This document shows, piece after piece, positions 46,792 to 57,930 of a stretch of DNA of 64,000 bases. How positions within the stretch are numbered: the first letter of the stretch is position 1; the number at the start of each line of letters is the position of its first letter. Origin of the DNA: Opitutia bacterium (GTDB taxonomy: Bacteria; Verrucomicrobiota; Verrucomicrobiia; Opitutales; T3Sed10-336); the NCBI GenBank assembly GCA_050506795.1, contig JBJHCF010000008.1:32001-96000 (forward strand). The letters run 5' to 3'. Below the pieces are notes generated by a model, which was given only the letters and a program-made list of their open reading frames with translations, was not told the DNA's origin and did not search any database. A program made the position numbers and the translations under genes.

Positions 46792-48732
46792 ATGCGTGGA
46801 TCACCAATTGGCACGGCGTTATTCTTTTCCCTGGCCGTTTCGTTCGTTTCCCCCTTGCTGGGGCAAACCGGAAGCGACGGCGCAACCCTTTCCCGGTCGT
46901 GGACCTCCACCAGCGGCGTTGCGCTGAACGCGGAGTTGATCGGCACCGACGGAAGGAACGCACTCCTGCGGCTGGAAGACGGGGGTCAAATCCACTCGGT
47001 TCCTCTGAGCCGCCTGCGGGAAAGCGACCGCGCCAGAGCTCTCGCCCCGGAAATCCTGCGCCTGCCGGCCGTCGATTTCAGCCGTCCCCCATCGGCTGCT
47101 CAAATCGGCGACCTGCTTCGATTCGGCACACGAGAGGAATGGTTTCCCCTCGCCGCCCATCTGCGGGCTCGCCTGCTGGCGGCCTATGGCTCCGAGTATA
47201 ACGCCGCACTGGAACGCTGGTACCATCTCTACCGGTGGATCGACCTTTTTCAGGACGAGCCTTTCCACGCCGACCTTTCCCCGGACTCGGGATCGTTCGG
47301 GGAAAGTTGGTCTCCGGAACTCATGCTTTCGGTTTGTCGGGACGCCGAATTTTCCCGGGCGTTCTTTGATCTGATCACGCCTTACGACCGCATGGAAGAG
47401 GTGTCCCGTATTCTGGGAATGCTCCATCGCGCCGACCCGGAGGTTTTCGAGGAGTACAAGTCGCTGGCGCTCGCGATTGCCGTTGTTCACGATCAGGCCC
47501 CGCCCGGCGGCTGGCCGCTGAGTGTTCCCGGCGGTCTGTTGCCGTCAAACCTGATGCCGCCGCAGGACACATTCGCCTTTTTTGTCTCCAGTCACCGCGG
47601 CGGACGCCTGCTCCTGGACCCACGTCGTCTGCCGGCCAGCAAGCTCCGCTTCATGGTGGACCTGATTGCTCCCGAGGAAGAATTACTGTGGGCCCAGCAG
47701 GCCATTCGTCCCGGCGTGGCCCAGTTCGGCCAGACCTACTCCTCCGTCCGCTACGATCACCGACGTTACGGACCGCACCTTCCGGGATTTTCCGAACCGT
47801 GGCCCCACGACGATTACCGTCTGCAGACGATTCGCCGGGTGGGCGGTATATGCGGCGACCAGTCCTATTTCGCAACCCAGGTAGGCAAAGCGCTTGGACT
47901 GCCCACCATTTACTTTTCCGGCTACGGAGACAATGGCCGCCACGCCTGGGTCGGGTACTTCGAGGGAGCCAGCCGGGGCTGGAACCTCGACGTGGGGCGA
48001 TACGCCCAGAACAATTACCGCACCGGCAACGCCCGCGACCCGCAGACCTGGCGTACTGTCGACGACCACGAGCTTCATTTCCAGCAACACCACCTCCACC
48101 ACGCCCAGGCATATGCGAGTTCCCGTTACCACAGCACGTTGGCCCGCGAATTCCTTCTGGCCGGACGTGAATCGAGCGCTTTGACCGCCGCCCGCCGGGC
48201 CATCGATGCCGAGCGGCGCAATCGCGACGCCTGGAACCTGGTTGCCGAGATCAATCGCCGCAACGGCCGGACCGCAGCCTACGAAAATACGTTGCGCCAG
48301 GCGGCGAGCGCCTTCACCCACCATCCCCACGTCCGCGCCAATTACCGCAGCCTGCTTGCCGACCATTACCTGGAACGCGAAGACTTCACCCAGGCGCTGA
48401 ATCTTCTCCTGCAAATCAGTCAGGACACCCGCCGGGATCGTCCGGACCTTAGCATTCACTACGCGCGCCGCTTTTTGGAACACGCCCGCGACCACGGCGA
48501 TGTCAATGCCCTCGTCAACGCCTACCGGCAGATCCTATCGCAACTGCGGGGACATGTTTCCGGATCGAACTTCCTCCACGAAATCGCCATGCCCTTTCTC
48601 AATCACCTCCACGCCAATGGCCATACCAACGAAGCCCGTCTTCTTTTCGGCCAAACCCGCAGACAGTTGAATGTGCCGCAAAACACCCTGGCGGCACACC
48701 GCCTGGAGGAGTTAAACCAGGCGCTGCGCTGA
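46792..48732 (+). CDS. Exported protein with an SHD1-like N-terminus, a transglutaminase-like core and TPR-like repeats
   Basis: R.WTS..G....AEL...VPLSRL..SDR; GGICGDQ...HAWV....W..D. Confidence 0.7.
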   Translation: MRGSPIGTALFFSLAVSFVSPLLGQTGSDGATLSRSWTSTSGVALNAELIGTDGRNALLRLEDGGQIHSVPLSRLRESDRARALAPEILRLPAVDFSRPPSAAQIGDLLRFGTREEWFPLAAHLRARLLAAYGSEYNAALERWYHLYRWIDLFQDEPFHADLSPDSGSFGESWSPELMLSVCRDAEFSRAFFDLITPYDRMEEVSRILGMLHRADPEVFEEYKSLALAIAVVHDQAPPGGWPLSVPGGLLPSNLMPPQDTFAFFVSSHRGGRLLLDPRRLPASKLRFMVDLIAPEEELLWAQQAIRPGVAQFGQTYSSVRYDHRRYGPHLPGFSEPWPHDDYRLQTIRRVGGICGDQSYFATQVGKALGLPTIYFSGYGDNGRHAWVGYFEGASRGWNLDVGRYAQNNYRTGNARDPQTWRTVDDHELHFQQHHLHHAQAYASSRYHSTLAREFLLAGRESSALTAARRAIDAERRNRDAWNLVAEINRRNGRTAAYENTLRQAASAFTHHPHVRANYRSLLADHYLEREDFTQALNLLLQISQDTRRDRPDLSIHYARRFLEHARDHGDVNALVNAYRQILSQLRGHVSGSNFLHEIAMPFLNHLHANGHTNEARLLFGQTRRQLNVPQNTLAAHRLEELNQALR

Positions 48733-48766
48733 CCCACGAATCGGCGGCATCGTAGCCGACGCCGGC

Positions 48767-49138
48767 TCAAATGTGTTTGGAGTCGCCTTGATCTTTCCGG
48801 GCGTAGCCGTCGTCCTGCCGGCTGTGGTTCACCTTGTTCTTTTTCAGATAAGCCTGATAGACATCGTCCGCCGACATCCCCATGACCTGCGCCGCGGAAA
48901 TCAGGAAGTGGAACAGGTCGACAATCTCCACCCGAGCGTTCTGCTTGTCGAATTCCTGGTAACGCGCCCACCACTTCCAGGGGACGGAATCGATCAGTTC
49001 GGCCGTCTCCTGTTGGATGGCCCGCGTGTAATTCAGAAGCCATTGAGCCTGTTCCTCATCGGAAAGTTTTTTCACCGAAACCCCGATGCGCTCGTTGAGT
49101 TTCTCCTGCAAATCGAATAGTTCGTCAAATTTGTCCAT
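48767..49138 (-). CDS. All-alpha dimeric dUTPase (MazG-like)
   Basis: QETAEL..S.PWKWW, VEIVDLFHFL, KNKVNHSRQ..GY. Confidence 0.85.
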   Translation of the reverse strand: MDKFDELFDLQEKLNERIGVSVKKLSDEEQAQWLLNYTRAIQQETAELIDSVPWKWWARYQEFDKQNARVEIVDLFHFLISAAQVMGMSADDVYQAYLKKNKVNHSRQDDGYARKDQGDSKHI

Positions 49139-49437
49139 GGCGGTAATGAAGACCCATCCTCTGCCTCGCTGCCGACGGCTTCCGGCACCGCGAAAAGGCC
49201 AATCCCCATTTTAATGATTGTTTTTCTCAAGAAATGGTTTTTTGTGGGAATGGAGATTGCAAGGCTGAAAAACCGCGTGCCCTCAACCGATATTCAAATC
49301 GGGTTGAACCAAAGGCGGCACCTCATCGGAAGCCTTGCCCAAACGAGATCCGGCTCCGGATTCCTTTCCCATTGCGAAATCCGCCGAGCCGATCGATCGC
49401 AACACAATAGGTACACAAAGTACACATAAACAAGACA

Positions 49438-50583
49438 ATGGAAGAGTCCAAAGACCAAGCAAACGAAAGTAAACCGTCGGAATCGACACCTGAGACCCCC
49501 AAGAAAACCGCCCCGTCTGCCTCCGAACGCCCGCCCAATCGACGCCGCCCCCGACGCCCTGCCACCGATGCGGGAGTATCCGCCGGGCCCAAGATCGGCC
49601 CGGTCCCGGTCAGCAAGCCCTACCCCGGGCTCGCCGCCAAAAAGGAATCGAGCGATACTCCCGAGGTCGCCCAACCGGCCGCCACGGCGAAGAAGCCCGC
49701 GGCCGAATCCGGCGCAGGCCCCAAAGCCCAGCCGGAAGATAAGCCGGCCGGCGAACGGGATCGGAACGCCCGCTCCCGACCGGAGAACAAATCGGCTTCC
49801 AAGCGGGAGCCCGTTGAGGAATCGCCCAAAGAAGCGGCTCCCAAGGCCGAGGCAAGTCCAAAGCGGGAGGAGAAACCGGAACCTACGGCCGCCGAGCGGT
49901 CGACCGGCTCCACCGATTCCGCTGACGCCGCGGAGGGAGAAGCGAAACCGCGCCGCCGGAGACGCCGCGGCGGAAGAAACCGGCGGGGCAATCGCTCCCG
50001 GACTTCCGAAAGCGGTGAATCCACGGGCGAGGAAACGGCTCGAGGGGACGAGGAAACCCGCCCGCAAGCCACCCGCGGCGGCGATGCCGGTCCGGAACAG
50101 CGATCCCGAGGCGGCCGCGGTCGCGGCCAACGGGGTCAACACCGCGGAGAACGCGGCGACCGGCGCCGCGGCGATGGCTCCCGTCCTCGACGCCGCGAGG
50201 GCGCTAAATCTCCGGCCGGTGGAGGCGCCTCCGGGAAACCCGGCGGCCTTCTTTCCCGGGTTGGAAGCTGGATTCGCAACATCGTAAACCCGGAAGATCA
50301 GGATAAAGGAAAAACTTCGGAAAGCGAAAAACCGGCGGGATCCCGGCGGGAAGACCGCGACGGTGAGCGCCCGAAACGGAAACGCACGCGCCGGGGCGGA
50401 AATCGCGGCGGCGGTCGCGGAAAGCCGGATGCCGATTCGTCGGCCAACACCGACGCTCCGGACCGGGAACGTGCGTCCTCCAGTTCCTCATCCCGCGAGC
50501 GGTCGGACCCGACTTCGTCGAAGTTCCAGTGGGAGAGCTCATCCCCCCAGACGCCCGCCAAAGACTGGCGGCCGGGTGATTGA
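49438..50583 (+). CDS. Low-complexity, probably disordered Arg/Gly/Glu-rich protein
   Basis: Long ORF with RRRRRRGGR tracts, ending adjacent to the murA start. Confidence 0.65.
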   Translation: MEESKDQANESKPSESTPETPKKTAPSASERPPNRRRPRRPATDAGVSAGPKIGPVPVSKPYPGLAAKKESSDTPEVAQPAATAKKPAAESGAGPKAQPEDKPAGERDRNARSRPENKSASKREPVEESPKEAAPKAEASPKREEKPEPTAAERSTGSTDSADAAEGEAKPRRRRRRGGRNRRGNRSRTSESGESTGEETARGDEETRPQATRGGDAGPEQRSRGGRGRGQRGQHRGERGDRRRGDGSRPRRREGAKSPAGGGASGKPGGLLSRVGSWIRNIVNPEDQDKGKTSESEKPAGSRREDRDGERPKRKRTRRGGNRGGGRGKPDADSSANTDAPDRERASSSSSSRERSDPTSSKFQWESSSPQTPAKDWRPGD

Positions 50584-50588
50584 ACCTC

Positions 50589-51884
50589 ATGGACGTCCTC
50601 CGTATTCGAGGCGGCAGGCGACTGCAGGGCGTGGTGGAAGTCAGCGGGGCGAAAAATGCCGCCCTGCCGATTTTCGCCGCCACCCTGCTGACCTCCGAAC
50701 CGTGCACCATTCGCAACGTTCCGGACCTCAGTGATATCCGCTTCATGGCGGATCTCCTGAAGCGGCTGGGGGCGCAGGTAGACCGTCTTGATCCGCACAC
50801 CTGGCGGATTCAAGCGGGCAGCGTGACCCATCGGGCTCCCTACGACCTGGTGCGCAAAATGCGTGCCTCCGTCTGCCTGATGGGTCCGCTTCTCGGACGG
50901 CTTCGACGTTCCTCGGTTTCGCTGCCGGGAGGCTGCGTTATTGGACCTCGCCCGATCGACATCCACCTGAAAGGTTTCTCCAAACTGGGATGTGTGGTGG
51001 ACATCAGCAAAGGGTACGTTGAAATCGACGGCAGCCGCATGGCCGGCGCCGAGATCTTTCTGGGAGGACGGCATGGCAGCACGGTGTTGGGCACGGCCAA
51101 CCTGTTGATGGCGGCGGTGCTGACTCCCGGACGGACCCGCATTGAATGCGCCGCGTGCGAGCCTGAGATCGTGGATCTTTGCCGAATGCTGGAGATCATG
51201 GGAGCCCGAATCGAAGGAATCGGCAGCCCGTCGTTGACGGTGGACGGAACGGAGAGCCTGCAGGGGTGTGACTACGCCATCATCCCGGACCGCATCGAAG
51301 CCGGCACCCTCCTTTTGGCGGCGGCGATCACCGAGGGTGACGTGACGGTAAAAAAGATGTGTGCGAGTCACCTCACCGCGCTTCTGGATAAGCTGGAGGA
51401 GGCCGGACTGCCGCTGGCGGTGGAACCGACTCAGGTCCGGGTTCGCTCCAACGGGCGCTTGCGCCCGGTTGACGTGATCACCCACCCGCATCCCGGATTT
51501 CCCACCGATCTTCAGGCACAGATGACCGCGCTGATGAGTGTCACCCCGGGCTTGAGCATCATCACGGAAAAAATCTATCCGTCGCGCTTCATGCACGTGC
51601 CGGAACTCCAGCGGATGGGAGCGGACATCGCCATCGACGGCGCCAACGCCATCATCAAAGGCGGAAATCGCCTCTCCGGAGCGCCGATCATGGCTTCCGA
51701 CCTGCGGGCCAGCGCCGCCCTGGTCCTGGCCGGTCTGGCGGCCAACAACGACACCTGGGTCCAGCGCATCTACCACCTCGATCGCGGCTATGAAAAAATA
51801 GAGGAGAAGCTTCAGACCTTGGGAGCCGACATTGAGAGGGTGGATCAGTCCGCCATTCCCGAAAGTTTGCTCGACCCGGCATGA
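50589..51884 (+). CDS. murA: UDP-N-acetylglucosamine 1-carboxyvinyltransferase
   Basis: SGAKNAALP, MRAS, LPGGC.IG.RP.DIH, PDRIEAGT, GFPTDLQ, HLDRGY. Confidence 0.97.
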   Translation: MDVLRIRGGRRLQGVVEVSGAKNAALPIFAATLLTSEPCTIRNVPDLSDIRFMADLLKRLGAQVDRLDPHTWRIQAGSVTHRAPYDLVRKMRASVCLMGPLLGRLRRSSVSLPGGCVIGPRPIDIHLKGFSKLGCVVDISKGYVEIDGSRMAGAEIFLGGRHGSTVLGTANLLMAAVLTPGRTRIECAACEPEIVDLCRMLEIMGARIEGIGSPSLTVDGTESLQGCDYAIIPDRIEAGTLLLAAAITEGDVTVKKMCASHLTALLDKLEEAGLPLAVEPTQVRVRSNGRLRPVDVITHPHPGFPTDLQAQMTALMSVTPGLSIITEKIYPSRFMHVPELQRMGADIAIDGANAIIKGGNRLSGAPIMASDLRASAALVLAGLAANNDTWVQRIYHLDRGYEKIEEKLQTLGADIERVDQSAIPESLLDPA

Positions 51885-51969
51885 ACCGGTTTCAGATTCG
51901 CTTCCTACGGGAATTTCCGGCAATCGGAATTCGCTTTTGCCCGGCAATACGACAAGTTTGGATTGGCCT

Positions 51970-53004
51970 ATGAGCGACGCGGAAAAAGGCGCGAATTTCA
52001 TCAAAACGACCCTGGAGGCCCCGCCCACCAGCGAAGAAGCCGTGCTTCGCCCCACGCGTTTCTCCGAATTCACCGGCCAGCGCAAAACCATCGAGCGGCT
52101 TCAAGTCATGGTCGGCGCGGCGCGGCGCCGCGGGGATCCGCTCAACCACATTCTTTTCAGCGGCCCGCCCGGGCTGGGTAAAACCACCCTGGCCCTGCTC
52201 CTGGGAACGGAAATGGAAAAAAACGTCCGAATCACTTCCGGTCCCGTGGTGGAAAAACCGGGTGATCTGGCCGGACTCCTGACCAACCTGGAGGAAGGCG
52301 ACGTTCTTTTTATCGACGAGATCCATCGCATTCCGAAAACCGTGGAGGAGTACCTTTACTCCGCCATGGAGGATTTCCGGCTCGACATTATGATCGACCA
52401 GGGGCCGAACGCTCGCAGCGTGCGGCTCAACCTTCCCCGCTTCACCCTGGTCGGCGCCACGACCCGCAGCGGCCTGCTCACCACTCCCTTGCGCAGCCGC
52501 TTCACCCTGCAGACCCGCCTGGATTACTACGATCAGACCGACCTCCTGAAAATCGTCAATCGCACCTGCCGTCTGCTCGACGTCGCGGTCGATGCCGGCG
52601 GTGCGACGGAGGTTGCCTCTCGCGCCCGCGGCACCCCCCGAATCGTCAACAACCTGATCAATTTCGTGCGGGACTTCGCCCAGGAACGGGGCGATGGCGC
52701 CATCACGCGCGATATCGCATCGGCCGCGCTGGAACTGCTGGAGATCGACGCCCGCGGCCTGGATGAAATGGACAAGAGAGTCCTCCGCATCATCGCCACC
52801 CACTACCACGGCGGCCCGGTCGGACTGGCCACCGTCGCCATCGCGGCGGGTGAGGAGCCGGAAACCCTGGAAGAAGTACACGAGCCCTTCCTCATCCAGG
52901 AAGGTTACCTGCAACGGACCCCGCAGGGTCGGATACTCACGGCCCGCGGCTACGAAGCCATCGCCCTGAAGCCCGGTCACCCAACCCAACCGGGACTGTT
53001 TTAA
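51970..53004 (+). CDS. ruvB: Holliday junction branch-migration helicase
   Basis: LRP, GPPGLGKTT, FIDEIHR, GATTR.GLL..PLRSRF, RGTPRI, RTPQGR. Confidence 0.97.
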   Translation: MSDAEKGANFIKTTLEAPPTSEEAVLRPTRFSEFTGQRKTIERLQVMVGAARRRGDPLNHILFSGPPGLGKTTLALLLGTEMEKNVRITSGPVVEKPGDLAGLLTNLEEGDVLFIDEIHRIPKTVEEYLYSAMEDFRLDIMIDQGPNARSVRLNLPRFTLVGATTRSGLLTTPLRSRFTLQTRLDYYDQTDLLKIVNRTCRLLDVAVDAGGATEVASRARGTPRIVNNLINFVRDFAQERGDGAITRDIASAALELLEIDARGLDEMDKRVLRIIATHYHGGPVGLATVAIAAGEEPETLEEVHEPFLIQEGYLQRTPQGRILTARGYEAIALKPGHPTQPGLF

Positions 53005-53115
53005 GAAGTTAAAGGCAAAAAGTCGGAATTTATAAGAAACGATTCGCAACCGGGGAGGAGGATGATGATGTGAAGCAGGAGAGCTTTTCGCTCATTTAAA
53101 CCTCTGCCTTATTAC

Positions 53116-53508
53116 TCACCGCCTCCCGCCTCCAAACCCTTCCTTTTCCAGCAGCGCCTTCAGGGCTTCACCCTGATCGCCCTGCAACTCAATGGTTTTC
53201 CCTTTCAACGCGCCCCCGACACCGAGCGCGCGGCGGAGACGGGCGGTAAGGTCCCGAAGTGACCCGGTATCCAATGTTTCGAGACCTTCGATCACGGTGA
53301 CGGTTTTCCCGCTGCGTCCGGCTTTTTCCTTACGCAGATGGACCCGCCGGCCGCGGCCGATCGGTTTTCGCGCCGTTTTTTCCGAAGCGACGGGCTCGGG
53401 GCCGGGCCGCCTGGAACCCGCAGGGAAAGCGGCGCCGTCCATGGCGGCGAACGGGTTGTGCCCCAGGCTTTCTCCGCCGCCGGTGGAGATCCTTTTTTTC
53501 TCGCTCAT
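53116..53508 (-). CDS. SUI1/YciH family translation initiation factor
   Basis: EK.GR.GK.VTVI.G, G.GG.LK...IELQGD. Confidence 0.88.
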   Translation of the reverse strand: MSEKKRISTGGGESLGHNPFAAMDGAAFPAGSRRPGPEPVASEKTARKPIGRGRRVHLRKEKAGRSGKTVTVIEGLETLDTGSLRDLTARLRRALGVGGALKGKTIELQGDQGEALKALLEKEGFGGGRR

Positions 53509-53738
53509 ATATCCACCGCACCGCCGCCGGCGCTCGCTTCCTCCTCAAGGAAGGCTTCCGCCTTGGCATAACTCCGGCGCTCCAGGAAATGTATCAGCCG
53601 CGGCGGCAGACCTTCCCGCTCCGATTTGACGATCTCATCAAGCCGGGTCAGCGCGGAGGTGATACCCTCGCCGTCCCCGCGGGTGGTTGCCCGGTGCATA
53701 TTCTGTAGTTCCTCCTTTACGGTAAGCAAAACGTTCAT
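53505..53738 (-). CDS. Small hypothetical protein
   Basis: LP.RL.HFLERRSY.KA motif; overlaps the SUI1 start; start ATG 53738. Confidence 0.65.
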   Translation of the reverse strand: MNVLLTVKEELQNMHRATTRGDGEGITSALTRLDEIVKSEREGLPPRLIHFLERRSYAKAEAFLEEEASAGGGAVDI

Positions 53739-53835
53739 CGGGGAGCAAAGTATGTAAAACCACGCGCAAAGCCACAAGGACAAACAATTTTCAGGGATTC
53801 TTTCTTGTGTCGCCATTTGCTTTGATGCATCTTGA

Positions 53836-56634
53836 ATGAAAATCGTGAGCCAAGCAAAAATGCATGCTGCAGGCAGCAAGACCAGGGATATTTCTTTCGC
53901 CAATATCGAAAATGCGGATCTGATCGACCGATATTACGAGTCCTGGAAATCCGACCCCGGGTCGGTCGAAGGCGACTGGCGCGCTTTTTTCGAGGGCTTC
54001 GAACTTGCCGCAGCCAATGGGAACGGCGCCGTTGACGCGGAGAAAATTTCCCGTCGGCAGTCGATACGACAGTCGCGCGTGGACAGCCTGATTTACGCCT
54101 ACCGGGGTCTCGGACACCTGATTTCCGACGTCGATCCCCTGCGCCCCGGTCCGAATTCCCACCCCAATCTGGAATTGGAAAACTTCGATCTCGCGGAAGA
54201 AGACCTGGATGACTCGTTTGATGCCGGACACCTGCTTGATGGGGGTCTGATGAAGCTCCGGGAAATCATCCAAATTCTCCGCGAGACCTACTGCGGTCAC
54301 GTCGGGGTCGAATATATTTACATCCAAACCAAAGAGATCCGCCGCTGGCTTCAGCGGAAGATGGAACCGGTACGCAATCAGCCCGATTTCTCCAAGGCGA
54401 AAAAGATCCGGATTCTGCGCAAGATTCACGAAGCCGAGATTTTCGAGCGTTTCCTGCACACCCGTTATTCCGGCCAAAAGAGATTTTCCCTGGAGGGGGC
54501 CGAAACCACTATAGCCTGCCTGGATGCGCTCATCCAAAAGTGCCCCGAGTTCGGGGTTAAGGAAGTCGTAATGGGCATGGCCCACCGCGGCCGGCTCAAT
54601 GTGCTGGCGAACATTCTCAAAAAATCCTATGAACTGATTTTCGAGGAGTTCACCGCGAACTATATTCCGGACTCGGTGTTCGGGGACGGCGACGTCAAAT
54701 ACCACCTCGGCTACGAATCGCGGCTCAAAACCGTATCCGGTGAACCGGTTGATGTTCGGCTGGCACCCAATCCGAGCCATTTGGAAGCGGTCAATCCGGT
54801 CGTGCAGGGCAACACCCGCGCCCGCCAGCGCCTGCGACAGGACACCGAACGAAAAGTGGTCCTGCCGCTCCTGATACACGGGGACGCCGCGTTTTCCGGA
54901 CAAGGCATTGTGGCGGAAACATTGAACTTCTCCCGCCTGCCCGGCTACCGCACCGGAGGCACCATTCACCTGGTGATCAACAACCAGATCGGGTTCACCA
55001 CGAAACCGTCCGAAGCCCGATCAAGCCTGTACTGCACCGACATCGCCAAGATGATCGAGGCGCCCATCTTTCACGTCAACGGCGACGATCCCCTGGCCGT
55101 CGCCATGGTGATGGAACTGGCACTGGAGTTTCGTCAGGAGTTCCAGCGGGACATCGTAATCGACATGTATTGTTACCGGAAACACGGTCACAACGAGACG
55201 GACGAGCCGATGTTCACCCAGCCGATTCTCTATCAGACCATCGCCAAGCACCCGCCTATCAGCAAACTGCTCACCCAGCGTCTGATCAAGGAGGGAACGC
55301 TTACCGAAGCGGAATCCAAACGCATTCAGTCCGAATACCGCAAGACCCTGGACGAGGCCTTCGACCGGGTGGGACAAGCCCAGGAAAAAGCGAAGAAGCA
55401 GAAAGAAACTCCCGAGGAAATTTCCTTCCGGGGCTCCAACGCCGTATTCCAGGAACCGTACAGCTTCGATCCCATTGAGACCGGAGTATCCATGGATCTG
55501 TTTGAGACCGCCGCCCGCGGCCTGTACTCGGTTCCCGACAACTTCAAGGTCAACCCGAAGATTCGGCGCCAGCTTGAGGCCCGTCGCAAGGCGTTCAAGG
55601 AAGACCTCCCCATCGACTGGGGATTCGCCGAGGATCTTGCCTACGGCACCCTGCTCCTGGAGGGCACACCCGTGCGCCTCTCCGGACAGGACTCCGAGCG
55701 CGGCACCTTTAGTCACCGCCACGCCGCTTTTTACGATATTGAAACCAGCGAACGGTTCGTGCCGCTGCTCAACCTCGCGGAAAAACAGGCCCAGTTCTGC
55801 GTTTACAACTCGACGCTTTCCGAGGCGGGAGTGTTGGGTTTCGATTTCGGTTATTCTCTGGACTACCCGCAGATGCTCTGCATTTGGGAGGCTCAGTTCG
55901 GCGATTTCGCCAATGGCGCCCAGGTCATTATCGACCAGTTTATCACCACCTCCGAATCGAAATGGCAACGCGTGAGCGGTATCGTTCTGCTGCTGCCACA
56001 TGGCTACGAAGGACAGGGACCCGAGCACTCGTCGGCCCGGCTGGAGCGTTTTCTGCAGAACGCGGCCGAGGAGAACATTCAGGTCTGCAACGTCACCACC
56101 GCCGCGCAGTTCTTCCACCTGTTGCGACGTCAGATGAAGCAGCCCTATCGGAAACCGCTCATCATCATGACCCCAAAACTGCTTCTCCGGCACAAGGGCG
56201 CGGCTTCGCCGATCAAGAACTTCCTGCAAGGCTCGTTCCAGCCTATCCTCGATGATCCGGACGCGCCCAAAAAGGCGAAAAGACTGATCCTCTGCTCCGG
56301 AAAAGTCTACTATGACCTGCTGGAACACCGGCGCAGCAACAAGATCAAGGACACGGCGCTGGTTCGGGTGGAACAGCTGTATCCCGTGCATGAAGCCCGT
56401 TTGAAGGAGCTCGCCGAGTACTATGCTTCGGCCAAAGATCTGGTGTGGTGCCAGGAGGAGTCCAGGAATATGGGAGCCTGGTTTTCGATGGCTCCGGTTC
56501 TGGAAGAACTGTGGGGTCGTAAACCGCGCTATGCGGGACGCGACGCCAGCTCCAGCCCCGCCGTCGGCTCGCTTGCCCGTCACAAAAACGAACTCAGGGA
56601 GTTCCTGGCAGACGCCTTTTCCGAAAACAAATAA
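53836..56634 (+). CDS. sucA: 2-oxoglutarate dehydrogenase E1
   Basis: [52 protein letters not shown]. Confidence 0.97.
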   Translation: MKIVSQAKMHAAGSKTRDISFANIENADLIDRYYESWKSDPGSVEGDWRAFFEGFELAAANGNGAVDAEKISRRQSIRQSRVDSLIYAYRGLGHLISDVDPLRPGPNSHPNLELENFDLAEEDLDDSFDAGHLLDGGLMKLREIIQILRETYCGHVGVEYIYIQTKEIRRWLQRKMEPVRNQPDFSKAKKIRILRKIHEAEIFERFLHTRYSGQKRFSLEGAETTIACLDALIQKCPEFGVKEVVMGMAHRGRLNVLANILKKSYELIFEEFTANYIPDSVFGDGDVKYHLGYESRLKTVSGEPVDVRLAPNPSHLEAVNPVVQGNTRARQRLRQDTERKVVLPLLIHGDAAFSGQGIVAETLNFSRLPGYRTGGTIHLVINNQIGFTTKPSEARSSLYCTDIAKMIEAPIFHVNGDDPLAVAMVMELALEFRQEFQRDIVIDMYCYRKHGHNETDEPMFTQPILYQTIAKHPPISKLLTQRLIKEGTLTEAESKRIQSEYRKTLDEAFDRVGQAQEKAKKQKETPEEISFRGSNAVFQEPYSFDPIETGVSMDLFETAARGLYSVPDNFKVNPKIRRQLEARRKAFKEDLPIDWGFAEDLAYGTLLLEGTPVRLSGQDSERGTFSHRHAAFYDIETSERFVPLLNLAEKQAQFCVYNSTLSEAGVLGFDFGYSLDYPQMLCIWEAQFGDFANGAQVIIDQFITTSESKWQRVSGIVLLLPHGYEGQGPEHSSARLERFLQNAAEENIQVCNVTTAAQFFHLLRRQMKQPYRKPLIIMTPKLLLRHKGAASPIKNFLQGSFQPILDDPDAPKKAKRLILCSGKVYYDLLEHRRSNKIKDTALVRVEQLYPVHEARLKELAEYYASAKDLVWCQEESRNMGAWFSMAPVLEELWGRKPRYAGRDASSSPAVGSLARHKNELREFLADAFSENK

Positions 56635-56636
56635 AC

Positions 56637-57902
56637 ATGGCTATTGAAGTAAAAGTTCCCAGCGTGGGGGAATCGGTCACCTCGGGGGTTCTTGCCTCCT
56701 GGCGTGTGAAAGACGGAGATTTCGTCCAGAGGGACGATCCCCTTTTCGATTTGGAAACCGACAAGATCACCCAGGAAGCCACGGCGGAAGCCGACGGGCG
56801 GATTAGCCTGAAGGCCAATGAGGGTGACGAGGTGGAGATCGGTCAAGTGGTGGCGGAGATCGATGACTCGGCAAATGCCGACGATGAAGCCGACGAATCG
56901 AAAGATGAAGAAAGCGCCGAGGAAGCGGAGTCGACTTCTGAAAAGGGCGGTCAGGAAACCGAATCCGGCAAAGGGAAAAGCAGCGATTCCGGTCACCCGT
57001 TGTCGCCGGCCGCCCGGCGGGCGGTCGAGGAAACCGGTGTGGACCCCGAGCGGGTCAAGGGAAGCGGCAAGGATGGACGGATCACCAAGAACGACGTCCT
57101 AGAGGCCGCCAAACAGGCCGACGATTCCCCGGACGAGGAAAAAGCGGCCTCCGAATCCACTACTCGGAAAGAGGATCCCGGCAAGGAATCCGCGGATACC
57201 GATAAACCCGTAACCCGCAAGAAACTTTCACCCCTGCGGCGTCGTATCGGGGAGCGTTTGGTCGCTTCACAACGCGATACCGCGACCCTCACGACCTTCA
57301 ACGAAGTCGACCTTTCCACGGTCAAAGCCCTGCGGGCCCGCCACCAGGACGCCTTCACCAAACGGCACGGGGTGAAACTCGGCTTTATGTCGTTTTTCGT
57401 CAAAGCCGCGGTGCACGCACTTAAATCGGTCCCCGAGGTCAACGCACAACTCGACGGCGACCACCTGATTCAGAATCATTTTTACGATATCGCGGTCGCC
57501 GTCAGCACCGAGAAGGGACTGCTGGTGCCGGTGATTCGCGACTGCGATAACATCAGCTACGCGGAAATCGAAAAGCGGATCGCCGATGTGGCGCAACGCG
57601 CCAAGGAGGGAAAACTTCAACTGGAAGATCTGGAAGGCGGGGTGTTCACCATCACCAACGGCGGCATTTTCGGCTCGATGCTTTCCACCCCGGTCATCAA
57701 TCCGCCGCAAAGCGCCATCCTGGGCATGCACTCGATCATCGACCGCCCGGTGGCGATCGACGGCACGGTGGAGATTCGCTCCATGATGTACCTGGCGCTC
57801 TCCTACGATCACCGAGTCATCGACGGACGCGAAGCCGTCACATTCCTGCGAAAAATCAAAGAAGTCCTGGAGGAACCGGCGCGCGCGCTGCTGGAGGTGT
57901 GA
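56637..57902 (+). CDS. sucB: Dihydrolipoamide succinyltransferase E2
   Basis: Lipoyl ETDK, TTFNEVD, TITNGG.FGS, DHRVIDG. Confidence 0.97.
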   Translation: MAIEVKVPSVGESVTSGVLASWRVKDGDFVQRDDPLFDLETDKITQEATAEADGRISLKANEGDEVEIGQVVAEIDDSANADDEADESKDEESAEEAESTSEKGGQETESGKGKSSDSGHPLSPAARRAVEETGVDPERVKGSGKDGRITKNDVLEAAKQADDSPDEEKAASESTTRKEDPGKESADTDKPVTRKKLSPLRRRIGERLVASQRDTATLTTFNEVDLSTVKALRARHQDAFTKRHGVKLGFMSFFVKAAVHALKSVPEVNAQLDGDHLIQNHFYDIAVAVSTEKGLLVPVIRDCDNISYAEIEKRIADVAQRAKEGKLQLEDLEGGVFTITNGGIFGSMLSTPVINPPQSAILGMHSIIDRPVAIDGTVEIRSMMYLALSYDHRVIDGREAVTFLRKIKEVLEEPARALLEV

Positions 57903-57930
57903 CCCCCGGAACGCGAGCCCAAAAGCGAAT

